A DNA stretch of 63,521 nucleotides, the filler included, from Methanobacteriota archaeon (lineage in GTDB: Archaea; JACRDV01), in the NCBI GenBank assembly GCA_024860865.1. It is 10 parts of 10 records of this genome, joined end to end, with 100 filler letters (N's around TTAATTAATTAA, not from the genome) between each part and the next. Parts side by side here need not be neighbours in the genome. Positions count along the whole stretch, not along the records: positions 59,121 to 63,521 come from JACRDV010000064.1; 9 more parts are not named here. One strand, 5' to 3'. Made by a program: the position numbers and the translations under genes. The notes under the pieces are model-generated. The model was not told the DNA's origin and did no database searches. It worked only from the letters and a program-made list of their open reading frames with translations. Positions 61,114 to 63,521 of this stretch are shown in pieces (the stretch's first letter is position 1; each line of letters begins with the position of its first letter).

Positions 61114-61593
61114 TTGGATTGGATCAGCCATTTTCTCTTTGTTTGGATTTGTTGCTCTTTGCTTAAAGTTGATAAGAAGATCTTAACTGTAGCTCTTATG
61201 GGCAGTATTTTTCCAGATGTGGATATTCCACTTAGTTTAGTTTTTGGAAGGGGTTTTCACAGAGGACCGACGCATTCAATTGTTGGAATCTTAATTTTAG
61301 CTGTTGTTTTGGGATTGATTTTTTATAAGAAAAGTTTTAAATCTAGCTTTAATATTGGGCTGCTCGCACTAAGCACTCATCCCTTATTGGACTCTATACT
61401 GCCATGGCCAATAGAATGGTTCTGGCCTTTTTCCAATGAAAAAATTGTAATATTAACTATGTTTTCAAGTAAACACTATTTTTTCTTCTATATCTATTTA
61501 ATAGCAGTTGGAATCATACTAGCTCTAACTTATTTGCTTTGGAAAAAGAAGAAATTAATTCCAATTGAGCCTTGGTTTGTTTACAAAATTTGA
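61114..61593 (+). CDS. Membrane metal-dependent hydrolase (YdjM-like)
   Basis: SH, PDVD, HRGPTHS, HPLLD. Confidence 0.85.
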   Translation: MDWISHFLFVWICCSLLKVDKKILTVALMGSIFPDVDIPLSLVFGRGFHRGPTHSIVGILILAVVLGLIFYKKSFKSSFNIGLLALSTHPLLDSILPWPIEWFWPFSNEKIVILTMFSSKHYFFFYIYLIAVGIILALTYLLWKKKKLIPIEPWFVYKI

Positions 61594-61695
61594 TTAAAGG
61601 TATAACAAAAAACTAAAATATTCAGATTCGAATGTAGTAATGCGCAGTAGTTTTAGATTATATGCTTAACTATCGAATTTAATCTTTAGCAAACG

Positions 61696-62034
61696 TTAAT
61701 CGACAAAATAAATCCGCTGTATGTTTATGTTATGGAATAATATCCTGTCAACTTTTTGTTCCTTGCCATCGCTTTTTATAACCACTTTTTGGAGTTCATC
61801 ATCATCTCCTGTAATCTTTGGATCCATCATTAGAACGTTAAGTTGTTCATCAATAATTAGTTTGCCAGAAAATGCAAAGCCATCCGTTGTGATGATTACT
61901 CCATTTGCAACCTCATGCTTTTCCTGTTGAGTTGCTACTTGAGCAGTTGGCTGATTTGCCAAATAATAAATATCAGGTTTCCCAGCCGAATGTTGGGATG
62001 CTTTTCGAATTAGACTGGTGCCGCCTTCGTTCAT
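61696..62034 (-). CDS. Second divergent Sm/LSm-fold protein
   Basis: IITTDGFAFSGKLIIDEQLNVLM; ILFHNINIQRIY; GGTGAG RBS. Confidence 0.6.
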   Translation of the reverse strand: MNEGGTSLIRKASQHSAGKPDIYYLANQPTAQVATQQEKHEVANGVIITTDGFAFSGKLIIDEQLNVLMMDPKITGDDDELQKVVIKSDGKEQKVDRILFHNINIQRIYFVD

Positions 62035-62133
62035 TATCTCACCAAAAACAAAATGAGCTTTAGAATTATTTATTGTTTGGTCAGACAAATAGCGGACAAT
62101 TGAGAACCGATGAAAAACTCGATGAAAAATCAT

Positions 62134-62847
62134 CTATTTCCCTATCTGTTGAATGTAGTTTGTAAGCTCACGCACAAGTTCTCTATCCACTTTGCCATTT
62201 CGACCATTCTTGCAGACTGCAGTTCTTACGCCGGCAATATCTACTTTAAGTTTCCAAACTCTAATTAAGTCATTTTTTTGTAGATTACCTGCTAAAGCTG
62301 CTATCAATCCAAGCCTATGAGCATTTTCGATAAAAATTTTCAACTGAGTTTCTTTTAGAAAATCAAACGTGCTTTTGCCATCTTTTATTGCGGTGTCGAT
62401 CATAGCCACATGAGCTTTTGCTTTCGAGGTTATAGTTGGCACTAACATTGGTTCAATTGCTCCTATTCTATGAGCATCTGCATAGCCTGCCACAGCCACT
62501 TTAATTTCTGGGCTAAACAAATTGACTGCACTTACAACTTTGTCAACTAAATCAATTGCTTGATCTTCTGTCATTTTTCCAAATAAGCCAAGCTTTACGT
62601 AATTGGCTCCAGCAAAAGCCGCACCTAAGGCTGCTTGAGCCGCAGTTCCAGGCTTATAATCTAAATCTCCTATAGTAGCTGAAACATCAATGGTGGGCGG
62701 AGTTAACTCTCTAATTTCTTTAATAATCCAAGGGAAATTAGCACCGAGAGAACCTTCTGAAGGGTTTTTAACATCGATGATATGGGCTCCGCCTGCAATG
62801 GCCTCTATGGCCTCTTGCTTATTTTTTGGACTAACTAAAAGCATCAT
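62134..62847 (-). CDS. mfnB: 4-HFC-P synthase (methanofuran biosynthesis)
   Basis: LLVSP, IIDVKNPSEGSLGA, SATIGD, DTAIKDG. Confidence 0.92.
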   Translation of the reverse strand: MMLLVSPKNKQEAIEAIAGGAHIIDVKNPSEGSLGANFPWIIKEIRELTPPTIDVSATIGDLDYKPGTAAQAALGAAFAGANYVKLGLFGKMTEDQAIDLVDKVVSAVNLFSPEIKVAVAGYADAHRIGAIEPMLVPTITSKAKAHVAMIDTAIKDGKSTFDFLKETQLKIFIENAHRLGLIAALAGNLQKNDLIRVWKLKVDIAGVRTAVCKNGRNGKVDRELVRELTNYIQQIGK

Positions 62848-62954
62848 ATGATTTCGCATAACTTTTGTGGTCTTCCTTTTAATTACTTTTTTGACCATTT
62901 TGCGGGCAAAGGTAAGTTTTATAATTCTTCGAAAATTATTTTCAATGATGTTCT

Positions 62955-63521
62955 ATGCGAATAATTCCTGTCCTTGATTTAATTGGCGGATTGGTTGTTT
63001 GTGGACAAAAGGGAGAACGCTCAAAATACCGGCCGATTAGGAGCATCTTTTGCAATTCAGCAGATCCGTTAGAAATTGTTAAAGCTATGAAACCAAAGGA
63101 ACTTTATATAGCTGACCTTGATGCAATTGAGATGAAAGGTTCGAATCTTGATATTATTAACAAAATTAAATTTTATAATGATATTTTTTTAATTGTAGAT
63201 GCTGGATTTAAATCTCTTTTAGAGGTAAACAACTATTTAGCAGCTGGTATTGATAAAATAATATTTGGCACCGAAACGCTTACTGATATTAATTTACTGA
63301 AACAAGCGAACGAAAAATTTGGAAGAGAAAAAATTTTAGTTAGCATGGATATGAAAAATGGAAAAATTCTTTCAAAAATACAGGAATTTCAACATATTTC
63401 TCCGATTAAGCTTGCAACATATATGCAGCATTTTGTTCATGAGCTAATTTTACTTGATATTTCAAGGGTTGGAACTTTGGTGGGATCAGATACGAATTTA
63501 GTTCGCTCAATAGTTAAAGCG
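62955..63521 (+). CDS. HisA/HisF-related TIM-barrel protein, runs off window end
   Basis: MRIIPVLDLIGG..GERSKYRPI, LYIADLDAI, LLDISRVG; divergent from mfnB. Confidence 0.8.
   Translation, partial: MRIIPVLDLIGGLVVCGQKGERSKYRPIRSIFCNSADPLEIVKAMKPKELYIADLDAIEMKGSNLDIINKIKFYNDIFLIVDAGFKSLLEVNNYLAAGIDKIIFGTETLTDINLLKQANEKFGREKILVSMDMKNGKILSKIQEFQHISPIKLATYMQHFVHELILLDISRVGTLVGSDTNLVRSIVKA

Noticed and set aside
1370-61930. Many 60-130 aa antisense ORFs in the track (e.g. 1370, 1862, 12611, 24641, 34558, 40817, 57466)
   Set aside because: Shadows of well-supported genes on the other strand or frame.

Overview
Fragmented genome of an uncultivated, AT-rich, euryarchaeal-like archaeon. The window is 10 contigs joined by nine artificial 100-bp N-TTAATTAATTAA-N spacers, so synteny holds only within a contig. 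Most of it is housekeeping: hisA/hisG, rps8e, srp19, gar1-tfb, hef, cdc6-wHTH-radA-mre11-rad50, rfcL, aCPSF-like RNase, aglH, polyamine genes, cofG/cofC, metV/metF, mfnB, hps, two VapC-AbrB pairs and a USP/anion-transporter cluster. No rRNA, tRNA or canonical CRISPR-cas locus was seen. Best leads: (1) a solo Cas2-fold gene preceded by four regularly spaced palindromic TAACTAAAGTTA repeats with CRISPR-like period and dif-like geometry, next to two orphan genes; (2) an IS110 element whose upstream RNA folds like a bridge RNA, with a first guide loop matching both the element's junction and an intact site about 210 bp away; (3) a protein-free IS200/IS605-derived structured RNA cassette with its own TATA box; (4) two divergent Sm/LSm paralogues sharing a TGTCTGAC promoter motif; (5) an HdrC-ferredoxin-MvhD fusion with MetV/MetF flanked by F420 biosynthesis genes. 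All calls are by eye from motifs; no searches or folding programs were run.
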